Of a DNA stretch of 64,000 nt, positions 20,482 to 30,468 are shown piece by piece (within the stretch, counting starts at the first letter, position 1; each line of letters begins with the position of its first letter). A model generated the notes under the pieces. The model did not search any database, was not told where the DNA came from, and saw nothing but the letters and a program-made list of their open reading frames with translations. This DNA comes from an uncultured Bacteroidales bacterium (GTDB lineage: Bacteria; Bacteroidota; Bacteroidia; Bacteroidales; UBA7960), in contig CAYGFY010000008.1 of assembly GCA_964349365.1 (NCBI GenBank), positions 27,070 through 91,069 of the forward strand, given 5' to 3'. The translations under genes were made by a program, and so were the position numbers.

Positions 20482-22257
20482 ATGAAAATTGAACCTTGGG
20501 CCGAACGCTTCTTGGTTTGGAGGCAACAGCACTTGAGCGAGAAGAACTTCATTTTGGTTCTGTGTGTCATAATTGGCCTGCTGGCATCGGTGGCAGCAGT
20601 TGTGCTCAAAACAGGGGTTCACTACGTTGAGTACTGGGTTAGGACAATTTCAGGCCATCACGCCGAGAACTATCTTTTCTTGGTTTTTCCGTTATTGGGC
20701 ATTCTCATCACCGTTTTTTACATTAGCACTTTCGTGAAAGAAGACATTGGTCATGGAGTGTCTAGAATACTGTATGCAATATCTCGCAACAAGGGTGTGA
20801 TGAAGTTGCACAACATCTGGTCTTCGATAATTGCCTGCACTTTTACCAGTGGTATGGGCGGTTCGGTTGGAATGGAGTCGCCAATTGTTTCGACGGGTGC
20901 TGCTATTGGGTCGAACATTGCCCGGGCAACTAAATTAGGGCACAAACGTACAATATTGCTCATTGGCTGCGGATCTGCCGCCGCCATTGCGGCCATTTTC
21001 AAAGCTCCAATTGCAGGCTTGATTTTCGCCCTCGAAGTATTGATGCTCGATCTTACAATGGCATCAATACTGCCGCTATTGGTGGCAACCGTTACGGGAG
21101 CCATTTTCTCGGCCTTGTTCATGGGCGAAAATATCGAGTTTTACTTCGCAATAACCGACTCGTTCAACTACGGCTCAATACCGTTTTTCATCCTTTTGGG
21201 GCTGTTTACCGGGGCCGTGTCCCTGTATTTTACATGGATGAACGGCCAGGTGGAGGCAAGGATCAAGTCAATTTATAAGCCTTTCAAGCGTGCGGTTGTT
21301 GGCGGGGTGGTGTTGGGGGTGCTGATTTTCGTATTTCCACCCCTGTTTGGTGAGGGTTACTTTTCAATGCGCAACCTTTTATCGGGGCAGCCAGAGCAAC
21401 TAATGATTGAAAGTCCATTTCGCGCTTTTGCAAACGGTGGAGGAACAACATTCTTGCTTTTCATGGTGGGTGTTCTTTTCTTCAAGGCCATTGCCACTTC
21501 TCTGACCACAGGTGCAGGTGGTATTGGCGGGGTTTTCGCACCAAGCCTTTTCATGGGTGGCATTGCAGGCTTCATCCTGTCAAGGGCAATCAATCTATTT
21601 ACCAACTTCAAGGTCTCAGAGTACAATTTTACCCTTGTAGGAATGGCAGGGGTAATGGCAGGGGTAATTCACTCACCGCTTACTGCAATATTCTTGATAG
21701 CGGAAATCACCGGAGGCTACCAGCTCTTCATTCCATTAATAATAGTGGCATCAATATCATACTTAACGGTGAACTATTTTCAGCAGCACTCGCTATACAC
21801 CAAGAAACTTGCCGAAAAGGGCGAGCTTATAACCCACAACAAAGATCAAACTGTACTAACGCTTCTCAATGTTGAGGAAGTCATAGAAACCAACCTCGAT
21901 ATCGTTTCGCCCGAAATGACCTTGCGGCAATTAGTAAAGGTTATTGCAAAATCAAAGCGCAATATTTTCCCGGTGCTCGACTCCCGGGAAAATTTCTTGG
22001 GCATTGTATTTCTCGACGATGTGCGTGAAATAATGTTTGATACTTCAAAGTATGATGGGCTAAAGGTTCGCAACTTGATGTATTTCCCGCGTTCAGTAGT
22101 AAATCTCACCGACAACATGGACACGGTTATGACCAAGTTCAACGAGTCTGGGTTGTGGAACATTCCGGTTGTTGACAAGGGCAAGTACCGTGGATATGTG
22201 AGCCGCTCTAATATTTTCGAGATTTATCGTAATCGACTCATCGAGTTCTCGGATTGA
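20482..22257 (+). CDS. ClC family voltage-gated chloride channel with C-terminal CBS pair
   Basis: 591 aa. ClC selectivity motifs GMGGSVGMESP and GIGGVFAPSLFMG, followed by two CBS-like repeats. Confidence 0.9.
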   Translation: MKIEPWAERFLVWRQQHLSEKNFILVLCVIIGLLASVAAVVLKTGVHYVEYWVRTISGHHAENYLFLVFPLLGILITVFYISTFVKEDIGHGVSRILYAISRNKGVMKLHNIWSSIIACTFTSGMGGSVGMESPIVSTGAAIGSNIARATKLGHKRTILLIGCGSAAAIAAIFKAPIAGLIFALEVLMLDLTMASILPLLVATVTGAIFSALFMGENIEFYFAITDSFNYGSIPFFILLGLFTGAVSLYFTWMNGQVEARIKSIYKPFKRAVVGGVVLGVLIFVFPPLFGEGYFSMRNLLSGQPEQLMIESPFRAFANGGGTTFLLFMVGVLFFKAIATSLTTGAGGIGGVFAPSLFMGGIAGFILSRAINLFTNFKVSEYNFTLVGMAGVMAGVIHSPLTAIFLIAEITGGYQLFIPLIIVASISYLTVNYFQQHSLYTKKLAEKGELITHNKDQTVLTLLNVEEVIETNLDIVSPEMTLRQLVKVIAKSKRNIFPVLDSRENFLGIVFLDDVREIMFDTSKYDGLKVRNLMYFPRSVVNLTDNMDTVMTKFNESGLWNIPVVDKGKYRGYVSRSNIFEIYRNRLIEFSD

Positions 22258-22392
22258 GGTTTTTCTGACTTTAGAATTTGCTATTTGAACGAATGTGCGA
22301 TGCAAGATTGAGAGATGCAACGTTTGTTGGCTTGTTTGCTTGCAAGTTTTCGCCAGCTAATACACGGATAGGCATAAATTGCAAATAATTAG

Positions 22393-23058
22393 TTATCGGT
22401 TTGGTCTATTAAAAACGTACTGCAATATATTTGTACCCATTTGCAGTGCCTTTAGCCTAACCTCCTGGGGGTTGCCGTGAACCGCTTGGTCTTCCCAGCC
22501 ATTGCCAAGGTCGGTTTGGTAAGTAAAGAATAAAACCAATTGTCCGTGGTGGATTATTCCGAATCCTTGCGGTGGCTTGCCATCGTGCTCGTGTATCTTT
22601 GGCAACCCGTTGGGAAACTTGTACTTTTGGTGATAAATTGGATGCAAAAATGAAAGCTCAACCAGGTTGTATTCGGGAAATACCTTTACGATCTCGCGTC
22701 TGAAAAATTCGCTGAGCCCGTAGTTATCGTCAACGTGCAAGAACCCCCCACTCATCAGGTATTTTCGCAAATTTTCGGCCTCTTGTTGCGTGAAGAAAAC
22801 GTTCCCGTGCCCTGTCATGTACAAGTAGGGGAAGTTAAAAATTTGCTGGCTGCCAACATCCACAGTGGCAACCTGATGGCTCAATGTCATTCCGGCATTT
22901 TTGTTGGCAAAATCAATCAAGTTTGGCAATGCCGTGGGGTTTGAGTACCAATCGCCACCGCCACCATATTTGAGCGTTGCAATTTGAACGTATTGCGCCG
23001 AGGCAAGCGTTGAGCTTGCTAAAAAAAATAATGCAAGAACATTGATTTTAATTTTCAT
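22393..23058 (-). CDS. DUF4159 domain-containing secreted protein
   Basis: ATLKYGGGGDWYSNPTALPNLIDF... The signal peptide begins at MKIKINVLALFFL, so the start is placed at the ATG at 23058 rather than the GTG at 23112. Confidence 0.8.
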   Translation of the reverse strand: MKIKINVLALFFLASSTLASAQYVQIATLKYGGGGDWYSNPTALPNLIDFANKNAGMTLSHQVATVDVGSQQIFNFPYLYMTGHGNVFFTQQEAENLRKYLMSGGFLHVDDNYGLSEFFRREIVKVFPEYNLVELSFLHPIYHQKYKFPNGLPKIHEHDGKPPQGFGIIHHGQLVLFFTYQTDLGNGWEDQAVHGNPQEVRLKALQMGTNILQYVFNRPNR

Positions 23059-23099
23059 CTTTTTCACTTTTAGTTGGGCCGGTAAAATTCCTCTCCTTA

Positions 23100-23110
23100 C
23101 CCCCCCCCCC
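23100..23110. repeat. C11/G11 homopolymer tract
   Basis: Eleven consecutive C on the plus strand (G11 on the gene strand), 42-52 nt upstream of the DUF4159 ATG. Confidence 0.95.
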
Positions 23111-23229
23111 ACAAATTCCTAAAATGGAACCAGGATAGGCGTGCTTCAAAGACCTTTTGGATGATACCGGAGTTCAAAGTTCCGTTATATTGCATTTTGG
23201 AATTTTTTGTTAATTCCACCCTGGTCTTT

Positions 23230-23934
23230 TCACGGCATTCGGTTTGCAAAGTTAAAACAAACACAGGAAATCAATGCGGCAGTTTCGGTTCGCAGCCGGT
23301 AATCTCCAAGTGAAACTGGTTCAAAACCTCTTGCACATGCAGCTTCAACCTCGCTTTCGGTAAAATCGCCTTCCGGCCCTATTAGCATTATAGTGCTTTG
23401 ATTTGTAGCCATGGCACTCTCGAGTGTAAGCTTTTCTCCCGGGTAGCAGTGCGCAATGAGCCTCTTGCCGTTAATCGTGCCTTCGATAAACTTGTTAAAT
23501 TGAATTGCCGGATTTAAGATTGGCAAGTAGGCCCTTAGTGATTGTTTCATTGCTGCCACGAGCACTTTTTGCAATCGTTCGTGCTTAATCACGATTCGTT
23601 CTGAGTTGGTGCAAAGGACCGGGGTTATCTGGTCAATGCCGCATTCGGTGGCTTTTTCCAAGAACCATTCCAATCTGTCAATGTTCTTGGTTGGCGCTAT
23701 TGCCACATGCAGTAACACTCTCCTGGCAGCTTGCGTTATAGTTTTGTCAATTTTAATTAAACAACCCTTTTCGTGAGCCCCCACAAGGGTTCCTTCGCAC
23801 CATTTGCCCTTGCCATCGGAAACAGCCACAAGGGCCCCTTCTTTCAATCTCAAAACTTTTATGGCGTGGTGCGATTCTTCTAAGGGCAGGCTGATTAATA
23901 GGTCGTCGATAATTTCCGAAAAAAAAGTATGCAT
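23230..23934 (-). CDS. rsmE: 16S rRNA (uracil1498-N3)-methyltransferase
   Basis: 234 aa. MHTFF...EESHHAIKVLRLKEG..., C-terminal IGPEGDFTESE and LGDYRLRTETAA. Confidence 0.9.
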   Translation of the reverse strand: MHTFFSEIIDDLLISLPLEESHHAIKVLRLKEGALVAVSDGKGKWCEGTLVGAHEKGCLIKIDKTITQAARRVLLHVAIAPTKNIDRLEWFLEKATECGIDQITPVLCTNSERIVIKHERLQKVLVAAMKQSLRAYLPILNPAIQFNKFIEGTINGKRLIAHCYPGEKLTLESAMATNQSTIMLIGPEGDFTESEVEAACARGFEPVSLGDYRLRTETAALISCVCFNFANRMP

Positions 23935-24026
23935 GTTTTTTTATTTTCTTGAGAGGCTCTCCAAAACAAGTTTTGCAAATTTATGAAATAGTATAGATTG
24001 CTTAAGTCATGATTGGCGGGTATGTG

Positions 24027-25331
24027 TCATTTTTGCAATTTCAAGTAGTGTCTCTTTTCGCTCCAAACTAAAAACAAAGTTCCAGAAATCAAAAACATAA
24101 TTGCAATAACAAAAGTTGGATAAAAACCGAACACCTGGTAGGAGGTAATACCTAAAACTGGAGCGACAATGGCTCGCAAGGCGGTCAATACCATGTGTAT
24201 TGATTGGTATGAGCCGGCTTCTTGGGGTTTGCAGAAATACGCGGACCCGATGCTCCAGGTAAGCGACATTGTTGCGGCAAAAATCCCGTGAAAAATAGTA
24301 TAGAAAACCAGTGTAAGATAAAGCGTTATATCCAAAATCCTTACATTCATGTCAAAAAACTTTGTCATTACCAGCGAAAATATGAAAAGTGCCATCGACA
24401 AAAAGGAGTATCCGGCAAATCGGCGCGGGTCTATTTTCCCTATTAGAGTTCCGAAAAATGGCAAGGTCACAATTGCCAGCAAATTGTATGCATTTCTATA
24501 AAAGGCCACGCTGGTGTAGTTTAGTCTCAATTCTTCGTTAAAATATAGCACTATAACCATGGCCGACGACATAAACCCAAAGCCGTAAAGCATGAACCCG
24601 ATTTGGAAATGCCTAAAGGGTAGGTTCTCGGTCAATACTTTCTTCATTTCCAATATTGAATTCTTCATCCCGCCGAGGAGTGAGCTCCTTGGCTTAACGG
24701 TAATGACTTCGTGATATGGTATTCGTGAAAGCACCAACAAAGAAATCACGCCCAAACCTGCCATTACCGGGAAAACATACACAAAAACAAATGGATCCTT
24801 GTCAAGAATCCAACCGTAAACGAAGGTGGTTGCAATCATCACCACCTTGTTTCCTGTTGTAGCGTATGAGTATAGCCGGCCGAAGTTTAAATGCCTGTAA
24901 GAACTTTTCAAAAACAGGTTTATGGTTGGAAAAACTATGGGGTTGGCAAGGAAATAGAACAAGAAAATAATCAAAAACACCGCGTGGTAAATTGAACTGC
25001 CTGTCAGCTGCTCCGGGTTTCCAGGAAAGAAAAACAAAAAGATTAGGGGCAGCCTGGTTATTATGGCAGTGTATTTCAAAAGCTTCTTGACGTTTTTAAT
25101 CCTTTTCAAATACTCGTTAAAAACAATCAAAAGTATAAATGGCACAACGCTAAACTGGAAAAGCAAGCTAACCTGGTATCCAGAACCAAGCAAACTTTTT
25201 ACAAAAACAAATTCGTTAAGGGCTATTACGCCGGCAATTACCCCTTCAATTAGCGAGTAAGTGAAGTGTAGCGAAAAAGTAACCTTTTCACGGCGGGTTA
25301 AATTCGAAAACCTGCTTGCAATCACGTGCAT
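24027..25331 (-). CDS. MFS-type transporter
   Basis: About 12 hydrophobic segments in a 6+6 arrangement. The start is moved to the ATG at 25331 (MHVIASRF) because the listed start is TTG. Confidence 0.6.
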   Translation of the reverse strand: MHVIASRFSNLTRREKVTFSLHFTYSLIEGVIAGVIALNEFVFVKSLLGSGYQVSLLFQFSVVPFILLIVFNEYLKRIKNVKKLLKYTAIITRLPLIFLFFFPGNPEQLTGSSIYHAVFLIIFLFYFLANPIVFPTINLFLKSSYRHLNFGRLYSYATTGNKVVMIATTFVYGWILDKDPFVFVYVFPVMAGLGVISLLVLSRIPYHEVITVKPRSSLLGGMKNSILEMKKVLTENLPFRHFQIGFMLYGFGFMSSAMVIVLYFNEELRLNYTSVAFYRNAYNLLAIVTLPFFGTLIGKIDPRRFAGYSFLSMALFIFSLVMTKFFDMNVRILDITLYLTLVFYTIFHGIFAATMSLTWSIGSAYFCKPQEAGSYQSIHMVLTALRAIVAPVLGITSYQVFGFYPTFVIAIMFLISGTLFLVWSEKRHYLKLQK

Positions 25332-25496
25332 GATAATCAAAAATTACGAAATTAGCCAAGCAATCTAATAACCAAAGTAACAATTACGGATTACAATTAA
25401 ATATTGTTGTTTGCTTAAGGAATTAAGCACAATGATTATTTTGCAAATGTGCACGTTATCAAATCATCACATCAACAAATCAATTTCATCTTTCAC

Positions 25497-26642
25497 TTAT
25501 AACTGGTAATCACCCACCTTGTTAGGAGAATAAATCTTGGTTCCTATTTTTATGCCAAGCCATTGTGCTTTTCCCGAGAGGTCGGTTCCGGGCTTGTTGT
25601 CGAACCACAAGAAGTTGAATCTTGTGAAAAACCCGATAAAAAATATTTCCGAACCGGGAATAACCAATTCCAACACCGGGCCAACCGAGAAGGAATTGAT
25701 TACCTTGCCCGGCTCTTCGGCCCCGGGGTTTGGTGCTACGGCCATAATGCCCTCGTACCCAAAAGAAACACCCATTTTCAAGAATGGTTGCCTGTTTGTC
25801 GAAAAATATCCACCCAAGGCAACCGAAAAGTTCATGTTGGTGAAATCCCTGATTTTTCGCCGTTGGTGGTTGTATGATATCTCGTATTCGTTCTTGCTTT
25901 GCAAAAAGGCAATCGCAAGGTTTAGGTCGGCAAAAAAGCCTTTTCTGAAAACTCCAATCCCCGCACCCACTTGCGGGTGATTGCCCAGCAATGCAAGATT
26001 GCCTCTGGGCATCCAGGCACCTGCAGTTAGCCAAGCTGTTGGCTTGTAATAATTATCATACATGCCAACCATTACTTTGTGGTATAAACTTCCCAGCTTT
26101 GTGCCTTCCATTTTCGTGCTCTTCATGGTTTTCCAGGCAGCTTCAAAGCTGTTTGAATAAAAATTAATCAAAAACCTTTCGGTGTCGCTCAAATCTTCGT
26201 AACCATTGATGTATCTTGCAAGCTCTAAGGTAAAGGCATTGAACGAGGGGTGAATTTTTTCGTATTCCCAACTGTAGTAATCCAGGAATCTGTGTGGGTT
26301 GTCTGATAAAACCACGTACTGGTAATCGTACAGGTAATCGAAAATATTATCGGGCAGAAAATCTTCGCTAAAAGTATTAGTGGCAATTTGGTACAATATG
26401 TACGTTCGCAAAAGTGGCTCGGCAAGGCCGCAGTGCAAGTCCCAATGGTACATTATGTCCAAAAGCGAATCTGTATCGCCACTATGGTAAATAACAGGAA
26501 TAAACTCGGTAAATTCGAGGGCCTTTTCTTGGCATATGTGATTGCTAACGAAACCCAATTCCTTTGGTTCTTGACCTCGCAGGTGGGTATTTAGAAGCAA
26601 ACCCAAAACAATTTGAAGAAGAAAATATCGCCTGTTTATCAT
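25497..26642 (-). CDS. Hypothetical secreted protein (helical N-domain plus beta-rich C-domain)
   Basis: 381 aa with a signal peptide (FLLQIVLGLLLNTHLRGQ). The C-terminal third alternates hydrophobic and Gly residues like an outer-membrane beta-barrel. No family recognised. Confidence 0.55.
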   Translation of the reverse strand: MINRRYFLLQIVLGLLLNTHLRGQEPKELGFVSNHICQEKALEFTEFIPVIYHSGDTDSLLDIMYHWDLHCGLAEPLLRTYILYQIATNTFSEDFLPDNIFDYLYDYQYVVLSDNPHRFLDYYSWEYEKIHPSFNAFTLELARYINGYEDLSDTERFLINFYSNSFEAAWKTMKSTKMEGTKLGSLYHKVMVGMYDNYYKPTAWLTAGAWMPRGNLALLGNHPQVGAGIGVFRKGFFADLNLAIAFLQSKNEYEISYNHQRRKIRDFTNMNFSVALGGYFSTNRQPFLKMGVSFGYEGIMAVAPNPGAEEPGKVINSFSVGPVLELVIPGSEIFFIGFFTRFNFLWFDNKPGTDLSGKAQWLGIKIGTKIYSPNKVGDYQL

Positions 26643-26765
26643 CTGCCAAATTTATTCAAAATCAATGATTGCCGTTGACGCAAAATCGTGCAAATTTAAG
26701 TATTCTCAAAGTTTGTTAAAAATTCGGGTAAAGTTTTTTATTAGACAATCCTCAAGTTTTTTTTT

Positions 26766-26773
26766 TACCTTTG
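26766..26773 (+). promoter_or_regulatory. Bacteroidota -7 promoter box (TAnnTTTG)
   Basis: TACCTTTG lies 15 nt upstream of the ATG at 26788. Confidence 0.45.
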
Positions 26774-26787
26774 CGAGTTAATTTTCA

Positions 26788-28206
26788 ATGCCAAAAAACA
26801 TGAAAAACCTATTTTTTATTTCAGCAATAATTTTTTTGTTTGCGGGCTGCTCTGGCACTCCACGAGAAGCCAAAATTTCCGGCCAAATCGCCAACGCAAC
26901 TCTCGAACAAGTGGAGTTGTATTACATCAAGGATTTTGTTACCAACGAGCGCGAAAGTGTTTTCCTTGACCTTGACGAAAATGGTTCCTTTTCTGGAAGC
27001 CTGCCGCTTACGCAAGGCCAGTTTGCCCAGTTGAAAATCGGCATGCGAGAAATACCTCTTTACCTCCTGCCGGGCAGTGAGATAAAACTTTCACTCGACG
27101 CCGACTTCCCTGACGTTGCCCCGCTGCTCGAAGGAAAAAAGGTCCTTGAAAGTGCGTTTTTGGTTGAATACAACAATGAAATTCTTCCAAACCATTCCAG
27201 GTCGTTTTTTATAGGCGAGATTTCTGCAAAAACTCCCGAGGAATTTTTCGTTGCCCTTGAAAACTCATTTTCCGAGAAATTGTCGTTCCTCTCCAAACAC
27301 GCTAACTTTTCCGAGTTCGACAAGGAATTCGTGGCAAGATTGGAAAATATTTTTAAATACGAAAAGCTAGAACTGTTAATGCTGTTTCCAAGGGTTTGGG
27401 TATCGAGCAATCCTGAAGGTGAGCTTGTTTTGCCCGACAACTACTTTGACTTTCTAACAGCCGAAGATATTTTCAACGATGCGGCTGCACAATCAAGGCC
27501 ATACTTTGGCTTTGCCACCGAGTACCTTTCAAAGTGCGTTGCCGACAACAAAGGTGTCTCAGACGACATGCAGGTTAGCCTCGAAAATAATTTCAGTTTT
27601 GCCAATGAGGTGTTTACCGGCAAAACTCGTGAAGCCATGGTTGCAAAGGGAATGCTTGACCTGCTTCGCTACGGCAACTTTAACAGGGCCGTTGAACTTT
27701 ATTCACGGTTTAAGGAAAAAGTACCTTCGGGGTTTTATTTTGATTTCGTTACAGCCGAGCACGACAAGATAGCCGCGACAGCACCAGGAAGCCCCGCTCC
27801 CGATTTTACTCTTGTTGATATTGATGGAAACACGGTTTCAATGGCCGATTTCAGGGGTAAGGTGGTTTACCTTGATTTTTGGGCAAGCTGGTGCGGCCCA
27901 TGTATGAGGCAAATGCCCTTCATGAAGGAGTTGAAAAAACGCATGGAAGGAAAAGACGTGGTATTTCTTTATATCTCCGTTGACGAAGACCCCGAGGCCT
28001 GGAAGAAAACCGTGGCAGAGAAGGAAATAGAAGGCGTTCACCTTAATGTTCCCGGAAGGCAACATCCAGTGCCAGTGGCTTATGCGGTAAGGGGAATACC
28101 AAAATTCATGCTCATTGGTCGCGATGGAACAATCATTGATAACGTGGCCCCGAGGCCAAGTAGCAATGCGATTGACCAAGCCATTTTGAGTGCACTTGAA
28201 TTGTAA
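26788..28206 (+). CDS. TlpA/ResA-like thiol-disulfide oxidoreductase lipoprotein
   Basis: 472 aa with lipobox LFAGC. C-terminal thioredoxin fold with WASWCGPC. Confidence 0.85.
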   Translation: MPKNMKNLFFISAIIFLFAGCSGTPREAKISGQIANATLEQVELYYIKDFVTNERESVFLDLDENGSFSGSLPLTQGQFAQLKIGMREIPLYLLPGSEIKLSLDADFPDVAPLLEGKKVLESAFLVEYNNEILPNHSRSFFIGEISAKTPEEFFVALENSFSEKLSFLSKHANFSEFDKEFVARLENIFKYEKLELLMLFPRVWVSSNPEGELVLPDNYFDFLTAEDIFNDAAAQSRPYFGFATEYLSKCVADNKGVSDDMQVSLENNFSFANEVFTGKTREAMVAKGMLDLLRYGNFNRAVELYSRFKEKVPSGFYFDFVTAEHDKIAATAPGSPAPDFTLVDIDGNTVSMADFRGKVVYLDFWASWCGPCMRQMPFMKELKKRMEGKDVVFLYISVDEDPEAWKKTVAEKEIEGVHLNVPGRQHPVPVAYAVRGIPKFMLIGRDGTIIDNVAPRPSSNAIDQAILSALEL

Positions 28207-28239
28207 TTTTTTTCACAACTAAATACTTTAACCAAAAAA

Positions 28240-29655
28240 ATGAGAAAACTAATTTTTTTATCTATCCTGATCATTGCCGCGGCATGTGGCTCCAAGAAAT
28301 CAGGTGATTTTACCGTTAGCGGTACAATCAGCAACCTTATTTCAGACGAAATTACCATTTTTTATCCCAAGAATGCCCTTTCAAACGAAATGGAGGAAGT
28401 TAGCGTCAAACTTGACCAGAACAAGGCCTTCACGGTTACCATTGCCCTGCCAGAAGCAAAGATCGGATTCATTAGAATAGGATCAACCCAATTTCCTTTA
28501 TATCTTATTCCGGGTGGCAATATCAATTTAACATACGATGCCTTCGATACCGAGTCTCCGCCAGTTGTTACCGGCAAGAAATCGGCAGAAACAAACTTCA
28601 TCTTTGCTTACATGAAGCACAGCCAGGAAAAGTACGGCCGCCAGTGGCTTTTCGAAACATTTGCAAAAGATTACGAAGAGTTTATGCCTGTCATTGAAGA
28701 GGCTCACAAGGAAAAACTATCCTTTTTGAAGGGTTTCAAAGACTATCGTAAGCTTGACAAGGGTTTCAGGAATATGATGGAAACCGATTTCTTGTTCGAC
28801 AAAAAACTCAGCCTCCTAAATTATCCCGATTATTTTGGTTTTCTATCACAAGGGGCAAAACCTAACCTGCCAGACAACTTCTTTGGTTTTGTCGATGATA
28901 AGAAGCTTTACAACGACAAGTACCTTACATCACAGTACTATATCGCCTTTGTAAACTCCGTTCTGGAGAAGAAAGTTGCCGAGAAGGTTAATGAGAGCCA
29001 GGAGGAATTTGACGCGGACTCCTATCTTTCAGCTCAATTCCAACTTGCCAAAGACATGTTTACCGGCAAGACCCGCGAACTCGCTATTTCAAGCCTAATG
29101 GAGAACATTTTTGGCTATGCCTCAAAGGAGCTCGCCCTTCAAAAGTATGAAGAATTCAAAAAATTGATAACAAACCAGGAATACTTGGAGCACGTTGAGG
29201 CAATTTATCGTGCTTCCATAGCATTATCGGTTGGTCAGCCTGCCCCCAATTTTACCCTTACCGACATTAATGGCAATCAAGTTTCGCTCAGCGATTTTGC
29301 AGGGAAGGTTGTTTACCTTGATTTTTGGGCAAGTTGGTGTGGTCCGTGCTTGCAGCAAATACCAAGTGCACGTGAACTGAAAAAGAGGATGGAAGGAAAA
29401 GACGTCGTGTTCCTTTATGTCTCGCTCGATGAAGACCAAGATGCGTGGAGGAAGAAAGTTGCCGAGGAGAAAATTGAAGGCGTGCACCTTAATGCACCCG
29501 GGTTTCAACAAGAAGTTGCAAAACTATACAACGTTCGTGGAGTTCCCACCTTTTTCATAATAGGTCAAGACGGTCTGATTTTCGATAATCGTCCTCCAAG
29601 GCCTAGCGAAGAAAATATTGATAGCGTTTTGCTTGCCGCCCTCGAAGAAGAATAA
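28240..29655 (+). CDS. TlpA/ResA-like thiol-disulfide oxidoreductase lipoprotein (tandem paralog)
   Basis: 471 aa with lipobox IAAACG and the same architecture and WASWCGPC motif. The C-terminal ~130 aa are near-colinear with the upstream gene. Confidence 0.85.
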   Translation: MRKLIFLSILIIAAACGSKKSGDFTVSGTISNLISDEITIFYPKNALSNEMEEVSVKLDQNKAFTVTIALPEAKIGFIRIGSTQFPLYLIPGGNINLTYDAFDTESPPVVTGKKSAETNFIFAYMKHSQEKYGRQWLFETFAKDYEEFMPVIEEAHKEKLSFLKGFKDYRKLDKGFRNMMETDFLFDKKLSLLNYPDYFGFLSQGAKPNLPDNFFGFVDDKKLYNDKYLTSQYYIAFVNSVLEKKVAEKVNESQEEFDADSYLSAQFQLAKDMFTGKTRELAISSLMENIFGYASKELALQKYEEFKKLITNQEYLEHVEAIYRASIALSVGQPAPNFTLTDINGNQVSLSDFAGKVVYLDFWASWCGPCLQQIPSARELKKRMEGKDVVFLYVSLDEDQDAWRKKVAEEKIEGVHLNAPGFQQEVAKLYNVRGVPTFFIIGQDGLIFDNRPPRPSEENIDSVLLAALEEE

Positions 29656-29672
29656 GACCATGTTTTATATCC

Positions 29673-29713
29673 AAAACTGCCCTTTATCGTTTTGATTTAG
29701 GGCAGTTTTTTTT
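29673..29713 (+). terminator. Rho-independent terminator
   Basis: aaaactgccct (29673-29683) pairs with agggcagtttt (29699-29709), and the right arm runs into a T-run. Confidence 0.8.
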
Positions 29714-29826
29714 GTTTTTAAATTTTTTGGTTTTACCTTCGCCGTGTAACTTGGCAATTAAACCAATACCCTTAACAAAGTTTTAGCAAGCAGTTAAAAG
29801 GTTTTTTGCAATACAACACCAATAAT

Positions 29827-30468
29827 ATGACAGCAGAAATAAACTCACAAATGGCCAACGAAAACAAGATGGACGATTACAAAAAGATTGATCTTTACAA
29901 TGCCGAAAAGATCGACCAAATTGCCTCTACTTACAAAACTGTTTTGGAGTTGATTGGCGAAAATCCCTCGCGCGAGGGTTTGGTCGACACTCCCGTGCGC
30001 GTGGCCAAGGCCTTGCAGTTTCTCACGCATGGATACGACCTCGATCCGGCCGAGATACTCAAATCGGCCATGTTTGCCGAAGATTACAGGCAAATGGTTA
30101 TCGTAAAAGATATTGAAATTTATTCATTGTGCGAGCACCACATGTTGCCTTTTGTAGGTAAGGCTCACGTGGCTTACATACCAAATCGTTATATCGTTGG
30201 CCTAAGTAAAATTCCAAGGGTGGTTGACGCTTTTGCGCGTCGATTGCAGGTGCAAGAAAGGCTTACCACACAAATAAAGGATTGTATTCAAAAAACCTTG
30301 AACCCTTTGGGGGTTGCGGTTGTTATAGAAGCACACCACTATTGCATGATGATGAGGGGAATACAAAAACAAAACTCGGTAACAACCACATCCGACTTTA
30401 CTGGTGCATTCCTTACCGAAAAAACAAGAACAGAATTCATACACCTGATAGGAAGCAAACTTCATTGA
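29827..30468 (+). CDS. folE: GTP cyclohydrolase I
   Basis: [14 protein letters not shown]...[19 protein letters not shown]...QVQERLT. The listed start at 29806 is TTG, so the first ATG at 29827 is used. Confidence 0.92.
   Translation: MTAEINSQMANENKMDDYKKIDLYNAEKIDQIASTYKTVLELIGENPSREGLVDTPVRVAKALQFLTHGYDLDPAEILKSAMFAEDYRQMVIVKDIEIYSLCEHHMLPFVGKAHVAYIPNRYIVGLSKIPRVVDAFARRLQVQERLTTQIKDCIQKTLNPLGVAVVIEAHHYCMMMRGIQKQNSVTTTSDFTGAFLTEKTRTEFIHLIGSKLH

Noticed and set aside
23059-23112. GTG-initiated extension MGGGVRRGILPAQLKVKK of the DUF4159 protein
   Set aside because: The signal peptide starts at the internal ATG (MKIKINVL). The extension is mostly the translated G11 tract. It is kept only as a possibility in the homopolymer finding.
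25522-26034. Several 100-170-aa ORFs overlapping the 25497-26642 gene in other frames and on the other strand
   Set aside because: All are nested in the longer ORF, which has a proper signal peptide. None has a -7 box or recognisable motif.
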